DNA from: Gammaproteobacteria bacterium | GTDB taxonomy: Bacteria > Pseudomonadota > Gammaproteobacteria > GCA-001735895 | NCBI GenBank assembly: GCA_024232855.1 | Contig: JAAEPH010000312.1 | Coordinates: forward strand, 1,091 to 65,090 | DNA: 64,000 bases | Direction of reading: 5' to 3' | In this document: piece by piece, positions 10,627-20,736 of the stretch | Position numbering within the stretch: position 1 is the stretch's first letter | Layout: every line of letters begins with the position of its first letter | Position numbers and translations under genes: made by a program | Notes under the pieces: model-generated | Seen by the model: only the letters and a program-made list of their open reading frames with translations | Database searches by the model: none | Told to the model about the DNA's origin: nothing

Positions 10627-10651
10627 AAAAAAAAAGGCGCCTATAGGCGCC
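10627..10651 (-). terminator. Strong rho-independent terminator (minus-strand orientation)
   Basis: The + strand reads aaaaaaaaa-ggcgcctataggcgcc. The reverse complement is a GC hairpin followed by a 9-U tract. Confidence 0.7.
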
Positions 10652-10677
10652 TTTCTCGTCCTCACTGCCTAATATTT

Positions 10678-10839
10678 CTATTTGGCAGCTATCTCCTCCA
10701 GGTTCTTTGTCCTGATGATCTGGCCTTCCAGCGCTGCGTTTTTGGCATTTCGGCCGCGGATCACAGAAATAAACTCGCGGTAGTAGACCACAGGCACATC
10801 GAAGTTGCTACCAAGTTCTACATTATTTTCGTTCCGCAA
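10678..10839 (-). CDS. Small ORF or gene remnant (about 39-53 aa) immediately upstream of the strong terminator; no ATG, with only TTG/GTG starts possible
   Basis: Open frame ...LRNENNVELGSNFDVPVVYYREFISVIRGRNAKNAALEGQIIRTKNLEEIAAK*, bounded by an upstream stop at 10873-10875. It is below the 60-aa threshold of the ORF track. Confidence 0.2.
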   Translation of the reverse strand: MRNENNVELGSNFDVPVVYYREFISVIRGRNAKNAALEGQIIRTKNLEEIAAK

Positions 10840-11169
10840 AAACTCGACCTGGACCTGGCAGGGAAAATAAAATTACAGAGTTCCATCTCCTGTAATCCAG
10901 CAAGCCTCAGTTTGTACTATATATAAAAACAACTGATCAACAATCCGTATGCCGTCCGGTATATCCGAGCGCCCAAATCCCGACTGAAGTTTAATGACTG
11001 CCCAAATCCTCAATCCGGAAAAATACCGCATCAACGAAAAACTTCGTTACGAGGCAACATCCAATCGATTGCGAATTGATCGTCGCGGCCGGCGAACTAT
11101 CCGATTCGGTGTTTTATTTCGCTCAGCGATCGGTATAATTACAAACCTACTTTGTGTTGCTGACAATCG

Positions 11170-11436
11170 ATGAAAGCAAGCGACATCTTTTACAAGACCA
11201 CCAGGGGCCAGACCGAGATCGACTCCCGATCCGGAAACCTGTCCATAAAGCAACGTCGCGTATTAATCCTGGTAAACGGCGCCAATGATTGCACCGAACT
11301 GAAACGGCTGTCACTGTGCGATAACATCGCCGAAGTCATTGGGACCCTGATTGACGGCGGTTTCATTGACGGCGGAGCATCGACAACCAGCGCTACCGCC
11401 GCCCAGGATTACTCCAGCCAGGAGAGCCCGAAATAG
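11170..11436 (+). CDS. Hypothetical small protein (88 aa)
   Basis: ORF preceded by a tataat -10 box at about 11143. No recognisable domain. Confidence 0.35.
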   Translation: MKASDIFYKTTRGQTEIDSRSGNLSIKQRRVLILVNGANDCTELKRLSLCDNIAEVIGTLIDGGFIDGGASTTSATAAQDYSSQESPK

Positions 11437-11463
11437 CCGGTTGATGTCGAAGCCGCGGAATTC

Positions 11464-11670
11464 ATGTGCAATACCCTGTTGACCTTCGCCAATCGTGTAC
11501 GGGTCGGCAAATTGATCGAGGAAATCAAGGCCGTGGACCGCCCGGCCGACCTCAAGGAAATGGTCAAACCCTGGTACATGGCGATTTCAGAAACACCGGG
11601 CGGCATGTACCAGGCGAACGACCTGCGCGCCGAAGTCCTCAAAATGCTCGAAAATATGGATATCGACTGA
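11464..11670 (+). CDS. Hypothetical small protein (68 aa), in the same frame as the preceding ORF and separated from it by a single TAG
   Basis: Frame arithmetic gives 11170 and 11464 both equal to 1 mod 3. The only stop between them is the TAG at 11434-11436. Confidence 0.3.
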   Translation: MCNTLLTFANRVRVGKLIEEIKAVDRPADLKEMVKPWYMAISETPGGMYQANDLRAEVLKMLENMDID

Positions 11671-11996
11671 GCGCCGACACCTGCGCGCAATCACTTCCCC
11701 GCATCGATATGGACCCGTTCATCGGGCGTGATGCGGTTAAGGTGTAAATGTGAACGCGGGCCAGGGAACGAAAAAAAACCCCATCGGAAAATGGGGTCAA
11801 CACACTGATATAACAGGGGGTATTGATAAAAAGTATACTCCTCAGAACCGCCCGGAAGTGGGACCTGTGTCTCAAAGTCAGCGCATTTAGCGCTTCCCGG
11901 TTCACGATTCCAATAATCATCGCCCCGAATCCAGCCCGGAAGGCTCAAGGCTGCCGGCTCACTTTACCGATTCAAAAGGGCAGCTGTGCCGGTATA

Positions 11997-12285
11997 CTAG
12001 CCTGCATATTGCAGCTGTCGGCCTCGGGCCTTGATGTATCTATACTGAACCAGAGGGGTAAACTGACATTTTCATCGGTGGAAATAAAATTGCAACTTGT
12101 CACCGGCTCGAGCCCTATCCCGGCTCTGACTTGTCCAGATGCGCCTGAACTTGGCCTTCCCTCAATCCATAGCTACGGCTATGGATTTCGGTCCAGGCCG
12201 GCGTCCAGACGCATCTGTCCTGCCTCAGCATCCGGGATACAGCTGCAATATGCAGGCTAGCCTGCATATTGCAGCTGTCGGCCTC
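11997..12285. repeat. MITE-like palindromic element: 21-bp perfect terminal inverted repeats flanking about 220 bp, followed by a direct repeat of the left end
   Basis: Left ctagcctgcatattgcagctg (11997-12017). Right cagctgcaatatgcaggctag (12240-12260). The 25 bp cctgcatattgcagctgtcggcctc is repeated directly at 12261-12285. A long imperfect internal hairpin sits around atccatagctacggctatggat. Confidence 0.5.
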
Positions 12286-12306
12286 ATCCGCTCATATTGA
12301 TCGTCC

Positions 12307-13506
12307 ATGAATAAAGATTTATCACAGTTACAGCGTTATCCATTCGAAAAACTGGCCGAGTTGAAACAGGGCTTGCAACCACCCGCACGGCTCGATCATA
12401 TCGCGCTCTCGATCGGCGAACCACGCCATCCGGCGCCCCATTTCGTAACTGAAAACCTGATTGCACACCTGCACCTGTTGTCGTTCTACCCCAGTACGCG
12501 GGGGCAACAGGCGTTGCGCGAGGCGATCGCCGACTGGCTGGCGATCCGCTTCGCGATCCCGCCCGGGCAGATCGATCCTGAACGCAATGTGCTTCCGGTA
12601 AGCGGTACGCGTGAGGCCCTGTTCGCGATAGCGCAATGCGTGGTCGATCGCAGCGCCGCCAATCCACTGCTGCTCATGCCCAACCCGTTTTACCAGACCT
12701 ACGAAGGCGCGGCCCTGCTGGCAGGTGCTTCTCCGCGTTACCTCAACTGCCTGCCGGAAAACGACTTTTTGCCGGAGCTCGACGCCGTCACTCCCGGCGA
12801 ATGGACCGATTGCCAGCTGATCTACATCTGCACCCCGGGCAACCCCACCGGCGCAGTGATGTCGCGCACCTACCTGCAAAAGCTGATAGAACTGGCGCAT
12901 CGATACGATTTTGTTATCGCCAGCGACGAGTGCTATTCGGAAATTTACTTCGATGAAGACAACCCGCCCGCGGGCCTGCTGGGCGCGGCCGCGGAGATGG
13001 GTAACGATTGCTTCAGTCACTGTCTGGCGTTTCACAGCCTGTCAAAACGATCCAGCCTGCCCGGGTTGCGTTCCGGTTTCGTCGCCGGTGATGCTGAACT
13101 GCTGCGGAACTTCCTGCTGTATCGAATCTATCATGGCTGTGCCATGCCGCCGGCGACGCAAACCGCGAGCACCGCGGCCTGGCGGGATGAGGCCCACGTG
13201 ATCGAAAACCGCATGCTGTACCGGCAAAAATTCGAGCAGGTTTTGCAACTGCTTTCTGATACACTCGCGCCGCGGAAACCACAGGCCGGTTTTTACCTGT
13301 GGGCGCAAACGCCGATTTCCGACACCGTGTTTGCACGCCGGCTTTACGCCGAACAAAACGTAACCGTACTGCCAGGAAGGTACCTGGCGCGAGATTCCGC
13401 GGCGGGTAACCCCGGCCGCAACCGGGTGCGCATGGCGCTGGTTGCACCCCTCGATGAGTGCGTCGATGCGGCCCGGCGAATCAATTCATTGTTAGCAGTT
13501 CTTTAG
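12307..13506 (+). CDS. dapC: N-succinyl-L,L-diaminopimelate aminotransferase (class I PLP aminotransferase, DapC type)
   Basis: Aminotransferase class I fold with the [15 protein letters not shown] lysine motif. Located immediately upstream of dapD and dapE. Confidence 0.8.
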   Translation: MNKDLSQLQRYPFEKLAELKQGLQPPARLDHIALSIGEPRHPAPHFVTENLIAHLHLLSFYPSTRGQQALREAIADWLAIRFAIPPGQIDPERNVLPVSGTREALFAIAQCVVDRSAANPLLLMPNPFYQTYEGAALLAGASPRYLNCLPENDFLPELDAVTPGEWTDCQLIYICTPGNPTGAVMSRTYLQKLIELAHRYDFVIASDECYSEIYFDEDNPPAGLLGAAAEMGNDCFSHCLAFHSLSKRSSLPGLRSGFVAGDAELLRNFLLYRIYHGCAMPPATQTASTAAWRDEAHVIENRMLYRQKFEQVLQLLSDTLAPRKPQAGFYLWAQTPISDTVFARRLYAEQNVTVLPGRYLARDSAAGNPGRNRVRMALVAPLDECVDAARRINSLLAVL

Positions 13507-13516
13507 GAGAAATAAA

Positions 13517-14338
13517 ATGTCTGAAATTCAGCAAATTATCGAACAGGCGTTCGAAAATCGCGCTGAAATCAATCCCGGCAACATCGATGTCCAAACCAGG
13601 GACGCGGTAGTGGCGGCGATCGAACTCCTCGACTCGGGTCGGCAGCGGGTCGCCGAACCGGTCGAAGGCCGCTGGCAGGTCAACGAGTGGCTCAAGAAAG
13701 CGGTACTGCTTTCGTTTCGCATTCGTGAAAACCAGATCATGCCGGGCGGTTTTACCCAGTATTACGACAAGGTCGATTCGAAGTTCGACGGCTGCAGCGC
13801 CGAGCAACATGCCGCCAGCGGGGTGCGCGTGGTGCCCCCGGCAGTGGCGCGCAAGGGTTCATACGTGGCCCCCGGCGTCGTCATGATGCCCTCATATGTC
13901 AATATCGGCGCCTACGTCGATAGCGGCACCATGGTCGATACCTGGGCGACGGTCGGCTCCTGCGCCCAGATCGGCAAAAACGTACACCTGTCCGGCGGTG
14001 TCGGCATCGGTGGCGTGCTCGAACCATTGCAGGCTTCGCCGACGATAATCGAAGACAACTGCTTCATCGGCGCCCGCTCCGAGGTCGTTGAAGGCGTCAT
14101 CGTCGAAAAGAACTCGGTCATTTCCATGGGTGTTTACATCGGCCAGAGCACCAAGATTTACCACCGTGAAAGCGGGCAGGTCAGCTATGGACGCATACCC
14201 GAAGGTTCGGTGGTGGTCTCCGGCAACCTGCCCTCGGATGACGGCAGTCACAGCCTTTATTGCGCGGTAATCGTCAAGCAGGTCGATGCCAAAACCCGCG
14301 CCAAGGTCGGCATCAACGATCTGCTGCGAAACGTCTAG
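13517..14338 (+). CDS. dapD: 2,3,4,5-tetrahydropyridine-2,6-dicarboxylate N-succinyltransferase
   Basis: Left-handed beta-helix hexapeptide repeats and a conserved DapD N-terminus ([18 protein letters not shown]...). Confidence 0.92.
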   Translation: MSEIQQIIEQAFENRAEINPGNIDVQTRDAVVAAIELLDSGRQRVAEPVEGRWQVNEWLKKAVLLSFRIRENQIMPGGFTQYYDKVDSKFDGCSAEQHAASGVRVVPPAVARKGSYVAPGVVMMPSYVNIGAYVDSGTMVDTWATVGSCAQIGKNVHLSGGVGIGGVLEPLQASPTIIEDNCFIGARSEVVEGVIVEKNSVISMGVYIGQSTKIYHRESGQVSYGRIPEGSVVVSGNLPSDDGSHSLYCAVIVKQVDAKTRAKVGINDLLRNV

Positions 14339-14347
14339 GACTTCGCG

Positions 14348-14476
14348 ATGACCGGCGCCGTTACGCTTTACGGAGTACCGAATTGCGACACCCTCAGGAA
14401 GGCCCGCGGCTGGTTGCGCGAGCACGGCGTCGGTTTCAGCAGCAAACAGTACCAGGAGATCCTCGCCAAACCATGA
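14348..14476 (+). pseudogene. Truncated ArsC/Spx-family (yffB-like) gene remnant of 42 codons
   Basis: [30 protein letters not shown] matches the N-terminus of E. coli YffB ([21 protein letters not shown]...). The full family is about 115 aa, but only 126 bp are available before dapE. The stop overlaps the dapE ATG (ATGA). Confidence 0.55.
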
Positions 14477-15609
14477 CCCCAACAACCCTGACCCTTAAAC
14501 TGGCCTGTGATCTCATCGCCAGGCCTTCGCTAACGCCCGATGACGCCGGTTGCCAGGATATCCTGATCAAGCGTCTCGCCGCGATCGGTTTCGAATGCGA
14601 AACCCTGGTTTTCGACGATGTCACCAACCTGTGGGCGCGGCGTGGGCGCGGCGGCCCGTTGCTGGCCTTCGCCGGTCATACCGACGTGGTTCCGCCCGGC
14701 CCGCTCGAGAAGTGGCATAGCGATCCATTTACCCCGGATATTCGCGACGGCATCCTCTATGGCCGTGGCGCCGCCGACATGAAGTCGAGTATCGCCGCGA
14801 TGGTGACCGCCTGTGAAAGATTCGTCGCCAAACACCCCGACCACCGGGGTTCGATCGCCCTGTTGATCACCAGCGATGAAGAGGCGATCGCGATCAACGG
14901 CACCGCAAAGGTGATCGAAACGCTCGAGGCCAGGGGCGAAAAAATCGACTGGGCGCTGATCGGCGAACCCTCGGGCCACGTCCGGGTCGGCGACACCGTC
15001 AAAAACGGCAGGCGCGGATCCATAGGCGCCAAACTCGTCATCCACGGTGTGCAGGGGCACGTCGCCTACCCTCACAAGGTCGACAATCCCATCCATCGCG
15101 CGATGCCGGCGCTGCACGAGCTGGCGCGACACGAATGGGATCAGGGCAACCGCTTCTTCCCCCCGACCAGCTTCCAGATATCCAACATCAACGCCGGCAC
15201 CGGGGCGCATAACGTCGTGCCGGGACATGCCGAGGTCAGCTTCAACCTGCGTTACTCAACCGAAATCGACGCCCAGCAAATCATCCAAACCACGCGCGTC
15301 ATCCTCGACAAGCACGAACTCGACTACGACATCGACTGGTCTGTCTCGGGCTATCCCTTCCTCACCCCGGAGGGCGAACTGGTTGTCGCGGCACAGCAGG
15401 CGATCAGGCAGCATACCGGCCAGACGACCTCGCTCGAAACCACGGGCGGCACCTCGGATGGTCGCTTTATTGCACCAACCGGCGCGCAGGTGCTGGAACT
15501 GGGCCCGGTCAACGAGTCGATTCACAAGATCGACGAACACGTGAATATCGAAGAACTCGAACAGTTATCGCAAATTTACCAAAGCATTCTCGAAAACCTG
15601 CTGACTTGA
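14473..15609 (+). CDS. dapE: Succinyl-diaminopimelate desuccinylase
   Basis: M20 peptidase fold with HTDVVP...GRGAADMK motifs. Start placed at Met72 of ORF 14260..15609 ([15 protein letters not shown]...). Confidence 0.92.
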   Translation: MTPTTLTLKLACDLIARPSLTPDDAGCQDILIKRLAAIGFECETLVFDDVTNLWARRGRGGPLLAFAGHTDVVPPGPLEKWHSDPFTPDIRDGILYGRGAADMKSSIAAMVTACERFVAKHPDHRGSIALLITSDEEAIAINGTAKVIETLEARGEKIDWALIGEPSGHVRVGDTVKNGRRGSIGAKLVIHGVQGHVAYPHKVDNPIHRAMPALHELARHEWDQGNRFFPPTSFQISNINAGTGAHNVVPGHAEVSFNLRYSTEIDAQQIIQTTRVILDKHELDYDIDWSVSGYPFLTPEGELVVAAQQAIRQHTGQTTSLETTGGTSDGRFIAPTGAQVLELGPVNESIHKIDEHVNIEELEQLSQIYQSILENLLT

Positions 15610-16514
15610 CGACACCGACCGGACGATTCGCGCCTTCACCTTCGGGAGCCCTTCACTTTGGCTCGCTGGTAGCGGCGCTGGCCAGCTATTGCGAAGCCAG
15701 ATCACGCCAGGGCCGCTGGCTTCTACGCATCGAGGACGTTGACACGCCGCGGGTCGTGGCCGGTGCCGGCGACCAGATTCTGCGCGATCTCGAGGCGTTC
15801 GGGTTCGAGTGGGATGGCGGCGTCGTCTACCAGAGCGAGCGTTTCGATCAGTATCGGCATTATCTCGAGCAATTAATCGACCAGGGTGATTGCTACGCCT
15901 GCGAGTGCAGTCGCAGGATGCTGCGCGAGCAAGGGGTACAAAGCGGCGCGCTGGGACTGATTTACCCGGGTTTGTGCCGCACCAGGGGACTGGCGCCCGA
16001 AAACCATTCGCTGCGGCTGCTCACCGAAGCGGACCAACGGGTCGGTTTCCGCGATCGCGTTTACGGTGAATTCGCGCTCGACCTGCCCGAATGCGTCGGC
16101 GATTTTGTGCTCAGGCGCAGAGACAACATCTATGCCTATCACCTCGCCGTGGTCGTCGACGACGAATTGCAGGGTATCAACCAGGTCGTTCGCGGCGCCG
16201 ACCTGCTCGAAAACACCTGCCTGCACCTCTACCTGCAGCGACGGCTGGGCTTCAGCACGCCCTCTTACATGCATCTACCACTGGTCAACAATGCCGACGG
16301 CGTCAAGCTCAGCAAGCAAACCGGGGCCGATCCGCTCGATCATCGAAATCCATCACGCCTGCTGCTGGCCGCACTGTCGCACCTCGGTCAGCAGCCGCCT
16401 CGGGACCTCGAAGACGGCAACCCACGGACCGTTCTGCAATGGTCCTGCGACCACTGGAACGCGGCGGCAATAACGCCACAGCGCTCGCCGATTGCGGAAA
16501 CTTTCGGGTATTAA
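15606..16514 (+). CDS. gluQ: Glutamyl-Q tRNA(Asp) synthetase
   Basis: Truncated GluRS catalytic core [15 protein letters not shown] with a KLSKQ motif. About 300 aa with no anticodon-binding domain. Confidence 0.88.
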   Translation: MTTPTGRFAPSPSGALHFGSLVAALASYCEARSRQGRWLLRIEDVDTPRVVAGAGDQILRDLEAFGFEWDGGVVYQSERFDQYRHYLEQLIDQGDCYACECSRRMLREQGVQSGALGLIYPGLCRTRGLAPENHSLRLLTEADQRVGFRDRVYGEFALDLPECVGDFVLRRRDNIYAYHLAVVVDDELQGINQVVRGADLLENTCLHLYLQRRLGFSTPSYMHLPLVNNADGVKLSKQTGADPLDHRNPSRLLLAALSHLGQQPPRDLEDGNPRTVLQWSCDHWNAAAITPQRSPIAETFGY

Positions 16515-16575
16515 CCCGTTTACGGCGGCGCCCTTCGACGAAATCAGGAAAACCTTCGACTGATGGCCGATTCTA

Positions 16576-17790
16576 TTACTTGACCCGATCGATGGTCAGG
16601 CTGATCTGCTCGGGTGGGTTTGCACTGTCCACCGACTCCAGTTCGGTGTAAAAATCCCCGTTCTGCGCGGCCGGATTACCGCTGAAGGAAACGCGCGCAC
16701 CGACGACGACCTGATCGTATGACGACAGTTTCATCGATGGCACCATGGCATCGGCATCACCCAGCGAAAGCGTTAGCGGCAAGTCCTGCAACCGCAGGCG
16801 TTTAACCGCCAGCGGCATCGGAGGTCCCTGCATTGCCCTGGCATAGACGAAAACCGCGGTCTCGGCGGTGGCTCGCGCGCGTAGTTCGTCGTCGATATCG
16901 ATGCGCAGGCTTAGCTCGCGCTTGTCGCCTGCCGCCTTGACCAGTTCCGGGTCGCGCTGCTCCAGCGCCGCCAGCAGGCCCCTGACCTCGTCTGCGACAG
17001 TCGCATCGTCGACGATCATCGGTAATAGCAGTGACCAGTAGCGGTGCGCCGCGCTGAAATCCTGGCGTTGTTCGGCGGCCATTCCGGCTAGCCACAAGCC
17101 ATTCGGAAAGTTGGGCGCGCGCTGCAGGCCGCGTTGCACCAGCGCTTCCGGTTCACCGAGCAGGCTGCCATTGTTCTGCATCGCCAGCGCATCGGCGAGT
17201 GCGAACAAAATGCCGGGTTCCTCAGGCATCAGCGTATCGCTGCGCCTGAAGGCATTCACCGCCGCATCGATTTCCTGTTTCGCCAGGTGCAAACGGCCGA
17301 ACAGGAACCAGGCCTCGGCATCGTCGGGGTTTTCACGCAAGCGCTTCTCGATCGCTGCGACCATTTCATCGAGACTCATCTGCGGCGCGGCGGCCTGCGA
17401 CGGTTGCGTTGCGGCCTGCGTCAGCTGCGGGTTTTCGATGACGCGGTACTCACCGTATACCAGGTAGAGAGCAATACTGGCGCAGGGTATCGCCAGCAGC
17501 ACGATCGGCGCCATCCAGTTACCGCGCGCGCCTTCATCCCTGACTTCGCCGCGCTCAAGCTCCAGCGCCAGCGTGGTTTGCAAATCCAGGTAGGCGGCGT
17601 CAAAAGCTGCCTGGTCGATCTCAGCTTCGGCGAGCTGGGCATCCAGTAACTGCTTCTTCTCGCGGGCGATTTGAATGTTTTGCTGCTGGCGATGATCGGT
17701 GGCTTGCGTGCGCGAACCACGCACCAGCGGAATCACCAAAATGGCGAGCGCCAGCACCAGTAGCGCGGCAGCGACTATCCAGAAACTCAT
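16576..17790 (-). CDS. ccmI: Cytochrome c-type biogenesis protein CcmI (TPR-containing)
   Basis: N-terminal TM segment plus TPR region. Last gene of the ccm operon. Confidence 0.8.
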   Translation of the reverse strand: MSFWIVAAALLVLALAILVIPLVRGSRTQATDHRQQQNIQIAREKKQLLDAQLAEAEIDQAAFDAAYLDLQTTLALELERGEVRDEGARGNWMAPIVLLAIPCASIALYLVYGEYRVIENPQLTQAATQPSQAAAPQMSLDEMVAAIEKRLRENPDDAEAWFLFGRLHLAKQEIDAAVNAFRRSDTLMPEEPGILFALADALAMQNNGSLLGEPEALVQRGLQRAPNFPNGLWLAGMAAEQRQDFSAAHRYWSLLLPMIVDDATVADEVRGLLAALEQRDPELVKAAGDKRELSLRIDIDDELRARATAETAVFVYARAMQGPPMPLAVKRLRLQDLPLTLSLGDADAMVPSMKLSSYDQVVVGARVSFSGNPAAQNGDFYTELESVDSANPPEQISLTIDRVK

Positions 17791-18245
17791 TGATTCGACT
17801 CGTTATTTTCCAGCAGTTGTTTCGCTTTGGTGAGGGCGTCGGCATCCACTTCAACCGTCTCATCAGGCTTGCGCAAGCGCCGCACCAGCAGGTAAAGAAC
17901 CCCCAGCATGAGCAGGAAAGGACCCAACCACAGTAGATAGGTGGTTGGCTTGAACTGGGGGCGATAAAGCACAAAATCGCCGTAGCGGGCGACCATGAAC
18001 TCGACCACCTGCTCGGGTGATTTGCCCTGCCGCAGCATTTCATAGGTTTCGCGCCGCAGATCGCGCGCGAGCTCGGCGTCGGAGCCGGCCAGGTTCTGGT
18101 TCTGACACACCAGGCAGCGCAATTCATCGATAAGCCGGTTGTAGTCAGTTTCCATTTGTGGCGAATCGAACTGGTAAGCTTCGATCGCGGCCTGTGCCGG
18201 TACCACCCAGACACCGAGGCATAACATCAATAGCAAGACTCTCAA
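17787..18245 (-). CDS. ccmH: Cytochrome c-type biogenesis protein CcmH
   Basis: Signal peptide plus the LRCLVCQNQ (CXXC) motif. Confidence 0.88.
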   Translation of the reverse strand: MRVLLLMLCLGVWVVPAQAAIEAYQFDSPQMETDYNRLIDELRCLVCQNQNLAGSDAELARDLRRETYEMLRQGKSPEQVVEFMVARYGDFVLYRPQFKPTTYLLWLGPFLLMLGVLYLLVRRLRKPDETVEVDADALTKAKQLLENNESNQ

Positions 18246-18766
18246 CCCAGTAACTCCTCGAGCTTCGGCATGATCTTCCGCTCCAGCGACTCATGCGTTA
18301 CCGGGCCGATGTGCTTGTACCTGATCAACCCATCGGCACCGATGACAAAGGTTTCCGGCACTCCGTAAACACCCCAGTCCATGCCGACACGCCCATCGCG
18401 ATCGATAACGCTGACCGCATAGGGATTACCAAATTTTTGCAGCCATTTAGCCGCATCGGCGGGGTCGTCCTTGTAATTGAGCCCGACCACCGTCACCAGG
18501 TTGCGACCGGCAAGGGCAGTGATCACTTCGTGTTCGGCGCGACAGGACACGCACCACGAGGCCCACACGTTGAGCACCCAGACCTGCCCTGCCAGGTCGC
18601 CGGTCGACAGTTTACGCGACGGATCTTCCAGCATCGCCAGTGAAAACGAGGGTGCCTGCTTGTCGATCAGAGGCGATGGCACCTTCTTTGGGTCCAGGCT
18701 CAGACCGTGCCACAGCAACCCGACCATCAGGGCAAAAACAACCAGCGGCAGAATGGAGCGGCTCAT
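18242..18766 (-). CDS. ccmG: Thiol:disulfide interchange protein DsbE/CcmG
   Basis: Membrane-anchored thioredoxin fold with WASWCVSC. Confidence 0.9.
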   Translation of the reverse strand: MSRSILPLVVFALMVGLLWHGLSLDPKKVPSPLIDKQAPSFSLAMLEDPSRKLSTGDLAGQVWVLNVWASWCVSCRAEHEVITALAGRNLVTVVGLNYKDDPADAAKWLQKFGNPYAVSVIDRDGRVGMDWGVYGVPETFVIGADGLIRYKHIGPVTHESLERKIMPKLEELLG

Positions 18767-20736
18767 GAAACCTGCCTCGCCGCGTCCTGACTGACGCGGG
18801 CTCTGCGGCGGGACAGGCTTCGGTAGCGCCGATCGCTGGCCGCGAACAAGCCGCCGATGGCCATGATAATGGCGCCAAGCCAGATCCAGCGGATGAACGG
18901 CTTGTAGTAAATCCGGACCGCCCAGGCGCCCTGCTCATCGAGCGGTTCACCCAGCGCGATAAACAGGTCGCGAGTCAACCCGGCGTCTATGGCGGCCTCG
19001 GTCATCGGATTGTTCCGCACCAGGTAGATTCTTTTTTCCGGGAACAGGTCTGTCTGGAAGCCGCCATCACTGGAACGCACACTGAAGCTGCCACGGGTAG
19101 CGACGTAGTTTTCGATATTGAATTTACGCACACCCCGGAAGGTGAACTCGTAACCCGCCACGGTATAGCTGTCACCCGGGGCCATGCGCAAGTCCTTTTC
19201 CTGGGTATAGAGGCTGGTCAGGGTAATACCGATGATGAACACAGCGATTCCGAGGTGCCCGAGCAACATGCCGTAAAAGCCGGCAGGCGTGGAACGCAAA
19301 GTCGACAGCAGGGCCCGGTTGTGAAAGCGCCGGTGGATCGTTATGACGGCGGTGACGCTGATCCACAGCGCCATCGCGATACCGAGAAATGCCCCCCAGA
19401 GCCATTGTGGCAGGGCTAAACTTAACGCCAGTGCCAGTGCCACCACCAACAGCGCAGGTACCTTCAACTGATCGAACAGGCGCTGCAGGCTGTCCTGCTT
19501 CCAGCGAATCAGCATCCCGATACCGATAAGGACGCCCAGCGGCGCCGTCAGGGAGATAAACATCAGGTTGAAGTACGGCGGTCCAACCGAGATCTTGCCG
19601 CCCATGGCATCGATCGCGATCGGGTAAAGCGTCCCCAGCAGGATGGCGCCGGTGACGACCGAAAGAAAAGCGTTATTGAGCAAAAGCGTACCGTCGCGGG
19701 ATAACAGGCGCGTTTGCGCGGCGCTTCGGAGCAGAGGCGCACGCCACGCGTACAGGGCTAACGAACCACCCACAACCACGGCCAGAAAGCCGAGAATATA
19801 TTTTCCGCGACTCGGATCACTGGCAAAGGCGTGTACCGACGTCAAAACTCCCGAGCGCACCAGAAAGGTGCCGAGTAAACTCAGGGAAAATGCAAAGATA
19901 GACAGCAGTGCGGTCCAGGCTTTGAAGGTGCCCCGCTTCTCGGTAATGGCGAGCGAATGCATCAACGCGGTACCGATCAGCCAGGGCATGAACGAGGCAT
20001 TTTCGACCGGATCCCAGAACCACCAGCCGCCCCAGCCGAGTTCGTAGTAGGCCCACCAGCTGCCGAGTGCAATGCCGAGCGTCAGGAACAGCCAGGCGAT
20101 GTTGGTCCAGGGCCGCGCCCAGCGCGCCCAGGCGGAGTCCACCTGTCCCGAAATCAGGGCCGCGATGGAAAAAGCAAACGCCACCGAAAAACCGACATAG
20201 CCGAAGTACAGCAACGGCGGGTGTATCGCCAGGCCGATGTCCTGCAGCAGCGGATTCAGATCACTACCCTCGGCCGCCGCGGGCAGCAGGCGCTCGAAAG
20301 GATTGGAAGTGCCGATGACAAAAAGCAGAAAACCGCAGCTGACCATTCCGAGCACCGCGAGCACGCGCGCGCGCATCACGCGAGGCACACCGGGCGTGAA
20401 CAGCGCCACCGCCCCGCTCCACAGCGCCAGCACCAGCGTCCACAGTAATAGCGAACCCTCGTGCGAACCCCAGACACCCGAAATCCGGTATATCAAGGGC
20501 AACTTCGTGTTGGAGTGCTGCGCCACGTAGAGCACCGAAAAATCGTGGCTCAGAAAGGCCCAGGTCAGGCAGCCATAGGCAATGCCTACGAACAACAGCT
20601 GCGCCAGCGCGGCAGGTACCGCCAACGCAACCCAGCGCTGTATGCCGAAGCTGGCCCCGGCGAGCGGCACCAGCGCCTGGATAACCGCGATGCAGAGTGC
20701 AACGATCAGCGCAAACTGGCCAATCTCGGGTATCAC
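18763..20736 (-). CDS. ccmF: Cytochrome c-type biogenesis heme lyase subunit CcmF
   Basis: 657-aa polytopic protein with the WWFWDPVEN (WWD) motif. Confidence 0.93.
   Translation of the reverse strand: MIPEIGQFALIVALCIAVIQALVPLAGASFGIQRWVALAVPAALAQLLFVGIAYGCLTWAFLSHDFSVLYVAQHSNTKLPLIYRISGVWGSHEGSLLLWTLVLALWSGAVALFTPGVPRVMRARVLAVLGMVSCGFLLFVIGTSNPFERLLPAAAEGSDLNPLLQDIGLAIHPPLLYFGYVGFSVAFAFSIAALISGQVDSAWARWARPWTNIAWLFLTLGIALGSWWAYYELGWGGWWFWDPVENASFMPWLIGTALMHSLAITEKRGTFKAWTALLSIFAFSLSLLGTFLVRSGVLTSVHAFASDPSRGKYILGFLAVVVGGSLALYAWRAPLLRSAAQTRLLSRDGTLLLNNAFLSVVTGAILLGTLYPIAIDAMGGKISVGPPYFNLMFISLTAPLGVLIGIGMLIRWKQDSLQRLFDQLKVPALLVVALALALSLALPQWLWGAFLGIAMALWISVTAVITIHRRFHNRALLSTLRSTPAGFYGMLLGHLGIAVFIIGITLTSLYTQEKDLRMAPGDSYTVAGYEFTFRGVRKFNIENYVATRGSFSVRSSDGGFQTDLFPEKRIYLVRNNPMTEAAIDAGLTRDLFIALGEPLDEQGAWAVRIYYKPFIRWIWLGAIIMAIGGLFAASDRRYRSLSRRRARVSQDAARQVS

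Noticed and set aside
11823-12260. 145-aa ORF on the + strand
   Set aside because: It lies entirely within the palindromic MITE-like element. The translation is low-complexity and there is no RBS or promoter logic. It is treated as an artefact of the repeat.
14260-14472. N-terminal extension of the dapE ORF (start at 14260)
   Set aside because: The Arg-rich extension overlaps dapD and the yffB remnant. The conserved DapE N-terminus begins at Met72 (14473).
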